This document shows positions 21,890 through 32,104 of a stretch of DNA of 64,000 nucleotides, piece after piece. The translations under genes were made by a program, and so were the position numbers. Numbering within the stretch: the stretch's first letter is position 1; the number at the start of each line of letters is the position of its first letter. This DNA comes from Alphaproteobacteria bacterium (GTDB taxonomy: Bacteria; Pseudomonadota; Alphaproteobacteria; MPNO01). The stretch is taken from the NCBI GenBank assembly GCA_964291675.2, contig OZ219866.1:2272001-2336000 (forward strand), in the 5' to 3' direction. The notes under the pieces were generated by a model. The model saw only the letters and a program-made list of their open reading frames with translations, did not search any database and had not been told where the DNA came from.

Positions 21890-23413
21890 CTATGCGACGT
21901 CGCGGGAGGCGTACTCGGGCAGCAGGTCGGGGATCGGGTAGCGCTCGTCGAGGGGGATCGACTTGCCGTCTCCGAGCGCGATCCGGCAGTGATAGCGCTT
22001 GAGCGCGCGCGGATGCGCGACGCCGCAGGAATGGCTGATGATGCCGGTGCCGTAGCGCAGCTTGTCGACGAAGTTCCTGACCCGCACCGCCTTGACCTGC
22101 GGATCGAGCCCGCGCTGCAAGCGGCGGTCGTGGGTGGTGATCCCGGTGGGGCAGGTGTTGCGGTTGCATTTGAGCGACTGGATGCAGCCGAGCGCGAACA
22201 TGAAGCCGCGCGCCGACACCACGAAATCCGCGCCCACGCAATAGGCCCACGCCACCTCGGCCGGCGTGATCAGCTTGCCCGAGGCGATCACCCTGATGCG
22301 CTCGCGCAAGCCGTGGCGCAGCAGGATGTCGACGACGATCGGCAGGGCTTCCTTGATCGGCATGCCGACATTGTCCATCAGCGGCATCGGCGCCGCGCCG
22401 GTGCCGCCGTCGCCCGAATCGACGGTGATGAAATCGGGCGCCGACTCGAGGCCGCGCGCATGAATTTCACGGCACATGCTCTCGAGCCAGCCATAGGCGC
22501 CGACCACGGTCTTGAAGCCGACCGGCGTTCCGGTGACGTCGCGGATGCGGCGGATGGCATCCAGCAGGTCGGATACGGAATCGATATCGAGGTGGCGGTT
22601 GGGCGAGATCGAATCCCGGTATGGCGGGATGCCGCGGATCGCGCCGATCTCCTCGGTGACCTTGGCGGCCGGCAGGATTCCGCCCTTGCCCGGCTTGGCG
22701 CCCTGGCTGAGCTTGAGCTCGAACATCTTCACCTCATCGTGCGCCGCCACCTCGCGCAGCCGGTCGTCGCACAGATTGCCCGCGCCGTCGCGCACGCCGT
22801 ATTTCGCGGTGCCGATCTGGAACACCACGTCGCAGCCGCCTTCCAGGTGGTAGGGCGCCAACCCGCCCTCGCCGGTGTTGAGCCAGCAGCCGGCGAGCGC
22901 CGCGCCCTTCGAGAGCGCGCGGACCGCGGGCTCGGAGATCGCGCCGAAGCTCATGCCCGAGACGTTGACCACCGACTGGGCCACGTAGGGCCGCCGGGCG
23001 AACGGGCCGATGGTGAGCGCCGGCGCCGGCTCGCTGTCCTCGTCGATCTTGGGGAACGGGCAGTTGACGAAGATGACCGTGCCCGCCGGCAGCAGCGATT
23101 TCGTCGAGCCGAACGCGATCGTGTTGTCGACGCCCCGCGAGGACTTGTAGACCCAGTCGCGCTCCGCCCGGTTGAAGGGCATCTCGTCGCGGTCCATGGC
23201 GAAGAAGTACTGCCGGAAATACTCGCCAAGCGTGGTGAAGAGACGGCGAAACCGGCCGATGACCGGATAGTTGCGCCGCACCGCGTCCGCCGTCTGCGAG
23301 ACGTCGATGACGAACATCGCCGCGACGACCAGGACGAAGATCGCGAGCGCAAATACGAGCAGGGCGGTCAGGACATTTATGCTGGTCATCGTGAAAGAGG
23401 CGAACAAAGACAT
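21890..23413 (-). CDS. FMN-binding glutamate synthase family protein (stand-alone, membrane-anchored)
   Basis: MSFGAIS, NTGEGG, ELKLSQGAKPGKGG, DSGDGGTGAAP and CIQSLKC..NTCPTG; N-terminal TM helix. Confidence 0.9.
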   Translation of the reverse strand: MSLFASFTMTSINVLTALLVFALAIFVLVVAAMFVIDVSQTADAVRRNYPVIGRFRRLFTTLGEYFRQYFFAMDRDEMPFNRAERDWVYKSSRGVDNTIAFGSTKSLLPAGTVIFVNCPFPKIDEDSEPAPALTIGPFARRPYVAQSVVNVSGMSFGAISEPAVRALSKGAALAGCWLNTGEGGLAPYHLEGGCDVVFQIGTAKYGVRDGAGNLCDDRLREVAAHDEVKMFELKLSQGAKPGKGGILPAAKVTEEIGAIRGIPPYRDSISPNRHLDIDSVSDLLDAIRRIRDVTGTPVGFKTVVGAYGWLESMCREIHARGLESAPDFITVDSGDGGTGAAPMPLMDNVGMPIKEALPIVVDILLRHGLRERIRVIASGKLITPAEVAWAYCVGADFVVSARGFMFALGCIQSLKCNRNTCPTGITTHDRRLQRGLDPQVKAVRVRNFVDKLRYGTGIISHSCGVAHPRALKRYHCRIALGDGKSIPLDERYPIPDLLPEYASRDVA

Positions 23414-23510
23414 TGTGCAACCCTTCCGTTGCGCTATCGGCGCCCGCCTTGGAGCCCGAATTGGCCGCTGCGGTCGCCGGACCTTTCAAGTATAGCTTGA
23501 CCCGCGCCAT

Positions 23511-24932
23511 TCAAGCCGGGCGCTGCCCGGCCGGCGGCAGCCCGATGCGATCGCACGCCCGGCCCAGCGCACGCTCGCAGGCGAGCGCGAGCGCGAGCGC
23601 GGTCTCCTCGTCGCCGCCGCGCGCCACGATATGCAGCCCGACCGGCATTCCGGCGCCGTCCAGCGCCACCGGCAGCGTGACCGCGCACATGCCGAGCAGG
23701 CTCGCGGTGTTGGTGTTGCGCACCAGCCGCATGTTCAGCCTGAGCTGGTCATCGGCATCGCCGAGCTCGGCCATGACGGGCGGGGTCAGCGGCAGCGTCG
23801 GCCCGACCAGCGCGTGCAGCCCGTCGAAGGCACCATGCGCCTCGCGGGTCAGCTCGCCGAGCCGGTGTACCCGCTGGAGGTGCTCGGAGGCCGACAACCG
23901 TTCCATCTTCTCGATCCGGATCGCCACCGCCGGGTCCAGATCGGCGCGGTAGTCCGACATCTCGCCGGCGATGAACCGCGCGAAGTGGCCGACATGCAGC
24001 CCGCCTTGCAGGAATATTTCGGTGGCAGGCTCGAACTGGGGCATGGCCGCCGGAGACACGCGCAGGCCGGACCGGGCGAGCTCGTCGAGCGCGGATTTCA
24101 CCCCTTCGGCGATGCCGGGATCGCAGTCCTCGAAATACCAGTCGCACAGCCCGACGCGGAAGTCGGCGAGCTCGGCGCCGGCGAGCCGCCGTGTCCAGGC
24201 GACGGCGTCTTCCTCGACACCGGGGTCGATGGCGCCGAAGCCGATCGTCATGTCGGCGGCCGAGCGCGCGAGCACGCCCGCGGTGTCGAGCGGCGGGCTC
24301 AGCGGCACGATTCCCCCGGTCGACCAGCTTCCCGCCGTCGGGCGAATCCCCGCATTGCCGGTCATCGAGGCGGGTATGCGCACCGAGCCCGCCGTGTCCG
24401 AGCCGATCGCCAGCAGCGCCGATCCCTCGCACAGGCTGACGCCGGCGCCCGAGCTCGATCCCCCGGGCGAGCGGTGCACGGACGCGTCCCACGGGTTGCG
24501 CGGCGCGCCCCAGTGCGGGTTGGCGCCGAGCCCGCCATAGGCGAACTGCACGGTGTGGGTCTTGCCGCTGATCACCGCGAGATGGCGGCGGAGCGAGCGG
24601 ACGACCGGCCCTTCGCTCCGCCATTCGTCGGGCAGCTCGCGCGGGCAGCCGGCGAAGGTGGGATAGCCGGCGACGCCGAATAGATCCTTGATCGAGACCG
24701 GGACGCCCTGCAGGGGGCCGAGATCGTTGTGGGTGGCGCGCGCCGCATCGGCGAGCCCGGCCTCGGCGCGCACGCGATCGGGGTCGAAGGTCTTGTAGGC
24801 GTGGAACACCTCGCCGCGGGCCTCGTGGTTGGCGATCGCCCAGTCGGCGATGGCGGCGGCGCTCAGCCGGCCCGCGTGCAATGCGGCGACGATCGTTTCG
24901 AGCGGGTCGGTGGCAAGGTTCGGATCGGCCAT
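23511..24932 (-). CDS. Amidase-signature family enzyme
   Basis: SIKD, PGGSSSG and GSDTAGSVRIP (Ser-cisSer-Lys triad). Confidence 0.92.
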   Translation of the reverse strand: MADPNLATDPLETIVAALHAGRLSAAAIADWAIANHEARGEVFHAYKTFDPDRVRAEAGLADAARATHNDLGPLQGVPVSIKDLFGVAGYPTFAGCPRELPDEWRSEGPVVRSLRRHLAVISGKTHTVQFAYGGLGANPHWGAPRNPWDASVHRSPGGSSSGAGVSLCEGSALLAIGSDTAGSVRIPASMTGNAGIRPTAGSWSTGGIVPLSPPLDTAGVLARSAADMTIGFGAIDPGVEEDAVAWTRRLAGAELADFRVGLCDWYFEDCDPGIAEGVKSALDELARSGLRVSPAAMPQFEPATEIFLQGGLHVGHFARFIAGEMSDYRADLDPAVAIRIEKMERLSASEHLQRVHRLGELTREAHGAFDGLHALVGPTLPLTPPVMAELGDADDQLRLNMRLVRNTNTASLLGMCAVTLPVALDGAGMPVGLHIVARGGDEETALALALACERALGRACDRIGLPPAGQRPA

Positions 24933-25038
24933 CGTGGCGCCCTCTTCTTGAGGCAGGCCGGCCATTCCCGCGGTCTGCCGGCCCGGTCGCGGCCTATTCT
25001 AATCGGCCTTCGGGCCGGTCGGCACTGGCGTCTCGGCC

Positions 25039-25920
25039 CTACGGCTTGAACCAGTAGTTCCACATGCGCTCGCCGATGTCGCAGCCCCTGGGATAGACGT
25101 ATCCGCCGGGCGACGCGCGCGATCGCCCGGGCGACGCCACCCGGATGAGATGGCCGGGAAGCACGCGGTCGAATTGCGGCGCGGTTCCCGCGATCTCCAG
25201 GATCAGCTTGCGCCGTATGGCGCGCGCGAAATCCTCGAAGCTGCCGGCGACCACCAGGAACGCACCGGGGCCGCCGATCACGCAGCCGAGGTAATACTTG
25301 TCCAGATCCGCCAGGTAGAACCGGCGGTCGAAGGCGTCGGCCCGGTTGAGGATCGGCAGACCGTTGATGGTGATCCGCCGGGAGATCGTGGCGTCGCGGA
25401 CCGCGTCGACCGGATTCCCGAAATTGTTCGGCCCGTCGCCCGAGACGTCGATCACGCGGCGGGTGCCGTCGAGCGCGTTGGTCTCGATCATCTCCCGCGC
25501 CTGTTCGATGGCATCGCTGATCGAGGTTCGCCGCCCGAAGGTCAGCGGCACCGCGAGCAGCCGGGAGGCGAAGGACTGGGCGCTCTCGCGCCCCTCCACC
25601 ACCGTCCAGTCGATGACGATCCTGTTGAAGGCGCGGCTTGAGTAATCGATATACGCGACGCCGATCTTGCGCAGAAAGCCCGATTGGATCGCGCGGATGA
25701 CCGCCGGGTTGCGGAACGCCTCCGCGATTCCCCGGCGCTGCAACAGGGCCTCCTCATGGCTGATGCTGCGCGAGACATCGGTGGCGATGACGAGCTCGAG
25801 ATCGACGGCCACCGGCGCCGCCATCGGCGAGCTGGCAAGGCACCATCCGGCCAGCGCACCGCCGGCGAGCGCCAGCGTCGTTCCACGCCCGGAATTCTGC
25901 GCTCTCTCGCGTCCTGCCAT
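25039..25920 (-). CDS. DUF1194 (vWA-like) exported protein
   Basis: VDLELVIATDVSRS, RRVIDVSGDGPNN and VIGGPGAF...FARAIRRKL..EIA are DUF1194-like; N-terminal hydrophobic segment. Confidence 0.82.
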   Translation of the reverse strand: MAGRERAQNSGRGTTLALAGGALAGWCLASSPMAAPVAVDLELVIATDVSRSISHEEALLQRRGIAEAFRNPAVIRAIQSGFLRKIGVAYIDYSSRAFNRIVIDWTVVEGRESAQSFASRLLAVPLTFGRRTSISDAIEQAREMIETNALDGTRRVIDVSGDGPNNFGNPVDAVRDATISRRITINGLPILNRADAFDRRFYLADLDKYYLGCVIGGPGAFLVVAGSFEDFARAIRRKLILEIAGTAPQFDRVLPGHLIRVASPGRSRASPGGYVYPRGCDIGERMWNYWFKP

Positions 25921-25970
25921 CCGACCGGCCCTCGCTCGATCCTGAGGGAAACAGGTGGCACAGCGCAATG

Positions 25971-27257
25971 CTAGTTCACGAACCGCTCCGGCGGGATGAG
26001 CGAGCGGACGTCGTTCAGCAGATCGGTGCTCAGCCCGGTCGTTTCCCGGTAGCTCCGGGCGATGTCGAGCTCGTCGTCGCTGAGGACGTGGCGGATGTCT
26101 TCGAACCCCTCGGGCGCGCGTTCCTCGACCAGCGCCATGAAGCGTTCCGGCCCGCCCGCCCGGTTCCGCGAGAGCACCGTCTCCATCGCCGGCCGGCGTT
26201 CGGCCTCGTATGCCTTCAGCGCCGCCTCGGGGTCCGCGGGGTTCGCCGCCAGCTCGCGTCCCAGCACCCGCGCATCGACGATCGCGAGCGAGGCGCCGTT
26301 CGACCCGATGGGGGTGAGCGGATGGGCCGCGTCGCCCAGCAGGGCCACATTGTCGAAGGTCCATCGCGGCAGCGGATCGCGGTCGACCTGCGGATACTCC
26401 CAGATGCCGGAGTTGCGCGAGACCACGTCGGGCACGTCGATCCAGTCGAACACCCAGCTCTCGAACTCGGATGCGAAATCCTCCGCCCTGCCGGTCCGGT
26501 CCCAGTCTTCCGGCCGAAACTCCATATCCTCCGGCGCGACCAGCTCGCACAGCCAGTTGAGCATCAACCCGTCTTCTCCGGGCCTGCGTTCGGCGCTCGG
26601 CTTGCGGATCTGGTAGGCGACGAATTTCTGGCGCCAGGTGCCGGTGACGACCATGGTGTGGCCGTCCAGCATCCTCACCCCCTCGCTCACGCCGCGCCAC
26701 ATGATGACGCGGTTCCAGTGCGGCGGCTTCTCGTCGGGATAGAAATGCGCGCGCAGGGTGGAGTGGACGCCGTCGGCGCCGACCAAGACGTCGGCGTCGA
26801 CGGATTCGGCGGATCGGCCCGCGGCGCGGTCGAGCAGGCGCGCCGCGGCGCGGCCGCCGCGCCGCTCGATGCCGACGCAGCGATGTCCGAGCCTGAGCGC
26901 ATCGCTTCCGAGCCGGCGCCGGACCTCGTCGGCCAGCATCAGGTGGAAGGCGCCGCGGTGCATGTGGAACTGCGGCCAGTCGAACCCCGCCTCCGAGCCG
27001 AGCTTCTCGGTCAGCACGTGCTGGCCGCGCCCGGTGTAGTAGGCGAGGCCGCGGGCGGGAATGCCGGCCTCGCGCAGCCGATCCTCCAGCCCGAGCCGGA
27101 ACAGCTCGCGCACGCAGTATGGCTGGAGATTGATGCCGGTGCCGGACGGCCGCAGCTCGCGCGCCGCCTCGTAGACGGTGCAGGAGATGCCGAGCTGGTG
27201 CAGCGTCAGCGCCGTCGTCAGCCCGCCGATGCCCCCGCCGACGATCGCAACGTGCAT
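25971..27257 (-). CDS. FAD-dependent monooxygenase (salicylate hydroxylase/PhzS-like)
   Basis: GGGIGG, GADGVHS and LLGDAAHP flavoprotein-hydroxylase motifs. Confidence 0.9.
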   Translation of the reverse strand: MHVAIVGGGIGGLTTALTLHQLGISCTVYEAARELRPSGTGINLQPYCVRELFRLGLEDRLREAGIPARGLAYYTGRGQHVLTEKLGSEAGFDWPQFHMHRGAFHLMLADEVRRRLGSDALRLGHRCVGIERRGGRAAARLLDRAAGRSAESVDADVLVGADGVHSTLRAHFYPDEKPPHWNRVIMWRGVSEGVRMLDGHTMVVTGTWRQKFVAYQIRKPSAERRPGEDGLMLNWLCELVAPEDMEFRPEDWDRTGRAEDFASEFESWVFDWIDVPDVVSRNSGIWEYPQVDRDPLPRWTFDNVALLGDAAHPLTPIGSNGASLAIVDARVLGRELAANPADPEAALKAYEAERRPAMETVLSRNRAGGPERFMALVEERAPEGFEDIRHVLSDDELDIARSYRETTGLSTDLLNDVRSLIPPERFVN

Positions 27258-27269
27258 CGTCCGATTGCC

Positions 27270-28445
27270 TTACCCTTCGAGCAAATTCCGTTTGCGGAGC
27301 CAGTCGAGCGTGAGCCCGATCGCCTCGGCCATCTGCTCCGGCTGGTCGAGGTAGTAGTGCGTCGCGCCCTTGATGACGCGGTGCTCCTTGTCGGCGGTGC
27401 CGGCGGCTTCGAAGATCGCCCCGGTATGCGGCTGCGGGACGGCGTCGTCGGCGCTGTTCTCGATCGCCAGCAGCGGCACCGAGATCGCGGCCGCGTTCGC
27501 CGGCCCGTCGGCCCGGCTCTCGTCATAGCTCCACTGGCTGAGCCAGGAGCGCAGCGTCGAGAAGCGGCCGATACCCACCGGCCCGCTGTTCACCGTCTCC
27601 GGATCGCCGAGATAGCACCAGTTGGGCTTCCGGTCGTTCGGGTCGACCGCCGGGTCGAGGAAGCGCGGATCCGCCATCGTGCGGTGGACGACGAAGCCGC
27701 GCTCCACCTCCTTGCCGCCCTTTTTCCGCAGATCCTCCAGCGTCTGGCGCACCCGGGCGGTGATCCTGCGGTTGCGCGCGATCTGGGCCGCGCGGTAGCG
27801 CTCGATGAACCCGGCGCCGAAGGGCGGGCCGTTCTCCGGGTTGTAGATGTCGAGTGCGCGGTCCCGGTCGTCGGGGTCGAGCTCGTCGCGCACCGAGGCA
27901 TCCATCCATTCGGTCAGGGTCCTGGCGCGGGACAGATGCGCCGCCTGGAAGGTTATCGCGTCGGCCGGGATCAGCTCAGCGCCCGCCACGTCCACCGGAT
28001 CGCCGGCCGGCGTGTCGGTGACGGTCGGGTTCTCCGCCTGCGCCTGGTAGAACAGCGAGAGCGCGCCGCCGCCCGACCAGCCGCCGAGCACGATCTTCTC
28101 GTAGCCCCATTCCTCCTTCGCCGCGCGGATCCAGGCGCCGATGTCGAGCAGGATTTTCTCGAAGATCAGCGCCGAATCGTTCTTCGGATATCGGCTGCCC
28201 GCGCACAGAACGTGGACGCCGTGGGTCGGCAGGGCCCTGGTTACCGGCAGGAGCTGGAGGGTGGACGACGGATGCATGAAGAGCATCAGCGTCTTCGAGC
28301 CGCGGCCCTTGGGGGTGTAGTGCACGCCTTCGAGGTTCACGTTGCCGGCCGCGCCGGCGAACCCGTAGGTCTCGGTGAACCGGGAGACTTCCCGATACTG
28401 CACGTGCCGCCAGGCGGCTTCGGTCTCGAACCGGGGCTCGGTCAC
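27270..28445 (-). CDS. Alpha/beta hydrolase fold protein
   Basis: GWSGG nucleophile elbow, ADDAVP Asp and GATHYY His. Confidence 0.8.
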   Translation of the reverse strand: MTEPRFETEAAWRHVQYREVSRFTETYGFAGAAGNVNLEGVHYTPKGRGSKTLMLFMHPSSTLQLLPVTRALPTHGVHVLCAGSRYPKNDSALIFEKILLDIGAWIRAAKEEWGYEKIVLGGWSGGGALSLFYQAQAENPTVTDTPAGDPVDVAGAELIPADAITFQAAHLSRARTLTEWMDASVRDELDPDDRDRALDIYNPENGPPFGAGFIERYRAAQIARNRRITARVRQTLEDLRKKGGKEVERGFVVHRTMADPRFLDPAVDPNDRKPNWCYLGDPETVNSGPVGIGRFSTLRSWLSQWSYDESRADGPANAAAISVPLLAIENSADDAVPQPHTGAIFEAAGTADKEHRVIKGATHYYLDQPEQMAEAIGLTLDWLRKRNLLEG

Positions 28446-28476
28446 GTCTCTCCTCCCGTCGTATCGCGGCCCGGGG

Positions 28477-29727
28477 TCACGGGGCGCCGTCGTAGAAGGC
28501 CTGGAGGATGGCGACCACGCCGTCCCGGCTGTATTCGGGCGGGATCGTCTCGCGGCCGGCGAACATCTCGCGCAGCCTGGTGCCGGAGATGCGGAGCTTC
28601 CCGGCGTCGCCGTTAGGACAGGGCCGGCCGGCGGCGTCGCCCGTCGCCACCGCCGCCACCGCCCGGTAGCGTTCGTCCTCGCCCGGCGGGTGCTCGCCGG
28701 CGAAGCACACGTTTCCGGTCGCCATGCCCCGGCAGTCGAAGCAATGGAACGTGTCGTCGATCTTCAGCGGCCGGATGGCGAGGTCGTCCTCGCCGATCTC
28801 GTCGAATATCCGGTGGGCGTCGTAGGGCCCGTAATAGCCGCCGAGCCCGGCATGGTCGCGCCCGACCACCAGATGCGAGCAGCCGAAATTCTGGCGGAAC
28901 AGCGCGTGCAGCAGCGCCTCGCGGGGGCCGGCGTAGCGCATCTCGATCGGGTAGCCGGCCTGGATCACCCGCCCTTCCGCGAAGTGGTTGGCGACCAGCC
29001 AGTCGATGGCCCGGACCCGCACGTCGGCCGGGATGTCGCCCTGCTTGAGGGCGCCGAGCACCTGGTGGATCAGAATCCCGTCGCACACCTCGATGGCGAC
29101 CTTGGCGAGAAACTCGTGGCTGCGGTGCATCGGGTTGCGGGTCTGGAAGGCGGCGACCGTCGACCAGCCCTTTTCGGCGAACAGCGCGCGGGTCTCCGCG
29201 GGGCGCAGATAGAGCCCCCGGTAGGTCTCGGGAAAGTGGCCCTCCGAGAACACCGTCACCGGTCCCGCCAGGTTGACCGCGCCCTGCGCCATCACCTTGG
29301 CGACGCCCGGGTGGTCCTCATCGGCGGTGCGGTAGACCTCGCGGCACTCGAACTCCTTGTCGATGGCGTATTTCTCGGCGACCGCGAGCTGGCCCAGGAT
29401 CTCGCCCGCCTCGTCGGTCAACGCCACCTCCTCGCCGACGGCGACGGCGAAGTCCGCGGCGCAGGAGAGCGTGATCGGCAGCGGCCAGAACAGCCCGCCC
29501 TCCAGGCGCATGTCGAGGCACGCGCCGCGCCAGTCGGCCGCGCCCATGAAACCGGCGAGCGGCGAATACGCGCCCATGGCGAACATGAACAGGTCCGAGA
29601 CCTCGCGGCTCGACAGCGGCAGCTTCTTCAGGCCGCGCGCGCGTTTCAGCGCCTCGTCCCGCTCGTCCGGGGGCAGCAGCAGGGGCTTCAGGGCGGCGTC
29701 GCCGTGCGGGGCGATCAGCGTCGACAC
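28477..29727 (-). CDS. sat: Sulfate adenylyltransferase (ATP sulfurylase)
   Basis: LIAPHG, FQTRNPMHRSHE, MRYAGPREA, VGRDHAG and ISGT motifs; start at GTG 29727 or 29748. Confidence 0.95.
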   Translation of the reverse strand: MSTLIAPHGDAALKPLLLPPDERDEALKRARGLKKLPLSSREVSDLFMFAMGAYSPLAGFMGAADWRGACLDMRLEGGLFWPLPITLSCAADFAVAVGEEVALTDEAGEILGQLAVAEKYAIDKEFECREVYRTADEDHPGVAKVMAQGAVNLAGPVTVFSEGHFPETYRGLYLRPAETRALFAEKGWSTVAAFQTRNPMHRSHEFLAKVAIEVCDGILIHQVLGALKQGDIPADVRVRAIDWLVANHFAEGRVIQAGYPIEMRYAGPREALLHALFRQNFGCSHLVVGRDHAGLGGYYGPYDAHRIFDEIGEDDLAIRPLKIDDTFHCFDCRGMATGNVCFAGEHPPGEDERYRAVAAVATGDAAGRPCPNGDAGKLRISGTRLREMFAGRETIPPEYSRDGVVAILQAFYDGAP

Positions 29728-29755
29728 GGGGCGCGACCGTGGCGGCAATCCGGGG

Positions 29756-31600
29756 CTAGTCGACGATGTGGTAGACGGGGGCCTTCTCCATGGCCCATTC
29801 GCCGGATTCCCGGTCGTAGCGGGAGAGCGTGAAGCAGTGCCAGTCGTCGTCGTCCAGCCTCGGATGATCGGCCCGATAGTAGTATCCCGGCCACCGCGTC
29901 TCCGTCCTGTACATGGTGTGATGCGTCACCGCCTCCGAGGCCAGCACCCGGTGGTGCAGCTCCCACGCCCGCTGGAGCTGGTGCAGGTCTTCGGCCCCGA
30001 GACTGTCGAGGTCTTCCTTCAGCATGCCGAGCAGCTCCAGCCCGCGGGTGAGCATCGGCTCGTTGGTCGTGTAGTGGGAGCCGATCCCGCCGACATACTC
30101 GTCCATGATTTTCTCCAAGCGCTGGAGGCCGTGGATCGGCAGCATGTAGCTCGGCGAGACCGTTCCCGCGACGATCTCGTTGCGCCCGACCCGGTAGGTC
30201 TCCAGCGGCTGGAAGACCGTCCTCCTGAGCTCCTCGTACTCCTTCTCGCTGACCTGCGGCCGGTCGGTCTTGAGGTCGTTGACGTAGTTGACCGCCGCCT
30301 TGCCGGCGATACGCCCTTCGGTGAAGGAGCCCGAGGAGAACTTGTGCGCCGTGCCGCCGATCGTGTCGCCCGCGCCGAACAGCCCGTCGACCGTCATCAT
30401 CCGGTTGTAGCCCCACTGGTACTCGTCCGGCGCGTAGTCCTCCGGCCCGCTCGACCAGGCGCCCGAGCACGTGGCATGCGAGCCCATGACATAGGGCTCC
30501 GACGTGGTGAGCTCCGGGTTGGTGTGCTTGGGATCGATGTTCTGGGACGCCCAGACGACGGCCTGGCCGATCGTCATGCCGAGGAAATTCTCCCAGCCCA
30601 CCGTCTCCTTGTGCGGGTCCTGGAAGGCTTCCGTGGTCACCATGCGGATCGGGCCGCGCCCCGCCTTGACCTCTTCGAGAAGCGCGTGGTTGCGCAGGCA
30701 GGTCGGCACCGGGTGCCGGTCGACATAGTCGCCCACCAGCTCCCTGGTGTGGTCGTACCACCTGGATTCGTATTCCTCGCCATAGGCGTTCTGGGTGTAG
30801 GTCTTGAGGTGCAGGAAATAGGCGCCGACCGGGCCGTAGCCGTCCTTGAACCGGGTCAGGACGATGCGGTTCTCCATCTGGGTCATCTTGGCGCCGGCGA
30901 GGATCGGCAGCGCATAGGCCGAGGCGCTGCTCCAGGGCGCGTACCAGGTGCGCCCCATGCCCTCCCCGACCGCGCGCGGCTTGAAGATATGCGACGCGCC
31001 GCCGGCGGAGACAATCACCGCCTTGGCCCGGAAGACATGGAAATCGCCCGTGCGCACGTTGAAGCCGACCGCGCCGGCGACGCGGTTGGGCTTGGTCGCG
31101 TCCATCAGCAGGTGGGTCACCATGATCCGGTTGTGCACCTCGGTCGCGGCCTTGCGGGCCGCCTCCGCGACGATCGGCTTGTAGCTCTCGCCGTGGATCA
31201 TGATCTGCCACTTGCCTTCGCGCAGATAGCGCCCGGTCTCGGGGTCCTTCATGATCGGAAGGCCCCATTCCTCGAACTTGTGCACCGTGGAGTCGACATG
31301 GCGCGCGATGTCGTAGCCGAGATCCTCGCGCACCAGCCCCATCAGGTCGTTGCGGCAGTAGCGGACATGGTCCTCCGGCTGGTTCTCGTCCCACTGCATG
31401 CCCATGTAGCAATTGATCGCATACAGCCCCTGGGCCACCGCGCCGCTGCGCTCGATATTCGCCTTCTCGACGCAGACCACCTTGAGATCGCGCCCCCAGT
31501 AGCCGGCCTCGTAGGTCGCCCCGCAGCCCGCCATGCCGCCGCCGACGACCAGGATGTCCGCGTCCACGAAAACCGTCTTCCGGCGCGAGAACAAAGCCAC
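29756..31600 (-). CDS. aprA: Adenylylsulfate (APS) reductase alpha subunit
   Basis: RSGAVAQGLYAINCY, WQIMIHGESYKP, HKFSSGSFTEGR and ETRWPGYYYR; the GTG start overlaps the aprB stop (TAGTG). Confidence 0.97.
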   Translation of the reverse strand: MALFSRRKTVFVDADILVVGGGMAGCGATYEAGYWGRDLKVVCVEKANIERSGAVAQGLYAINCYMGMQWDENQPEDHVRYCRNDLMGLVREDLGYDIARHVDSTVHKFEEWGLPIMKDPETGRYLREGKWQIMIHGESYKPIVAEAARKAATEVHNRIMVTHLLMDATKPNRVAGAVGFNVRTGDFHVFRAKAVIVSAGGASHIFKPRAVGEGMGRTWYAPWSSASAYALPILAGAKMTQMENRIVLTRFKDGYGPVGAYFLHLKTYTQNAYGEEYESRWYDHTRELVGDYVDRHPVPTCLRNHALLEEVKAGRGPIRMVTTEAFQDPHKETVGWENFLGMTIGQAVVWASQNIDPKHTNPELTTSEPYVMGSHATCSGAWSSGPEDYAPDEYQWGYNRMMTVDGLFGAGDTIGGTAHKFSSGSFTEGRIAGKAAVNYVNDLKTDRPQVSEKEYEELRRTVFQPLETYRVGRNEIVAGTVSPSYMLPIHGLQRLEKIMDEYVGGIGSHYTTNEPMLTRGLELLGMLKEDLDSLGAEDLHQLQRAWELHHRVLASEAVTHHTMYRTETRWPGYYYRADHPRLDDDDWHCFTLSRYDRESGEWAMEKAPVYHIVD

Positions 31601-32061
31601 TAGACGACTCCCTGCTTGAACTTGTCCGGCGTCAGCGCGGGCAGCGCCTCGATGTGCAGCGCGTCCGGCTCGTGCGCGAGCTCCTGGGATTTCATCGCTT
31701 CCGCGCTGGGCGCCTCGTACTCGGCGGGCGCCTTGATCGACCCCCAGCGCGTGGTCCGGATGGGGGAGACGAAGTCCTTCTCGTTGCCGTCGCGGAACTT
31801 GATCTTCCAGGAGATCGTGCCCTTCTCCTCCTCCCGCAGCGCGCGCACGCTGTGGCCCATGGGCGCGAAGTCGGCATAGCCGCGGCAGTCGATGGCCTGC
31901 TGCGGGCACGCCTTCACGCAGGAGTAGCACTCCCAGCACATGTTGGGCTCGATGTTGTAGGCCCGCCGATAGGTGGAATCGATGTGCATGATGTCGGACG
32001 GGCAGATATCGACGCAGTATCCGCAGCCGTCGCATCGGGTCATGTAGACGAATGTCGGCAT
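31600..32061 (-). CDS. aprB: APS reductase beta subunit (2x[4Fe-4S])
   Basis: MPTFV..CDGCGYCVDICP and CWECYSCVKACP. Confidence 0.97.
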   Translation of the reverse strand: MPTFVYMTRCDGCGYCVDICPSDIMHIDSTYRRAYNIEPNMCWECYSCVKACPQQAIDCRGYADFAPMGHSVRALREEEKGTISWKIKFRDGNEKDFVSPIRTTRWGSIKAPAEYEAPSAEAMKSQELAHEPDALHIEALPALTPDKFKQGVV

Positions 32062-32104
32062 GGGACTCGATTATCTCCTCTACGCAGGATTGGCGATCGG
32101 CCGG

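Noticed and set aside
21890-23413. Glutamate synthase large subunit gltB
   Set aside because: Only the FMN domain is present (507 aa), with no amidotransferase domain or gltD
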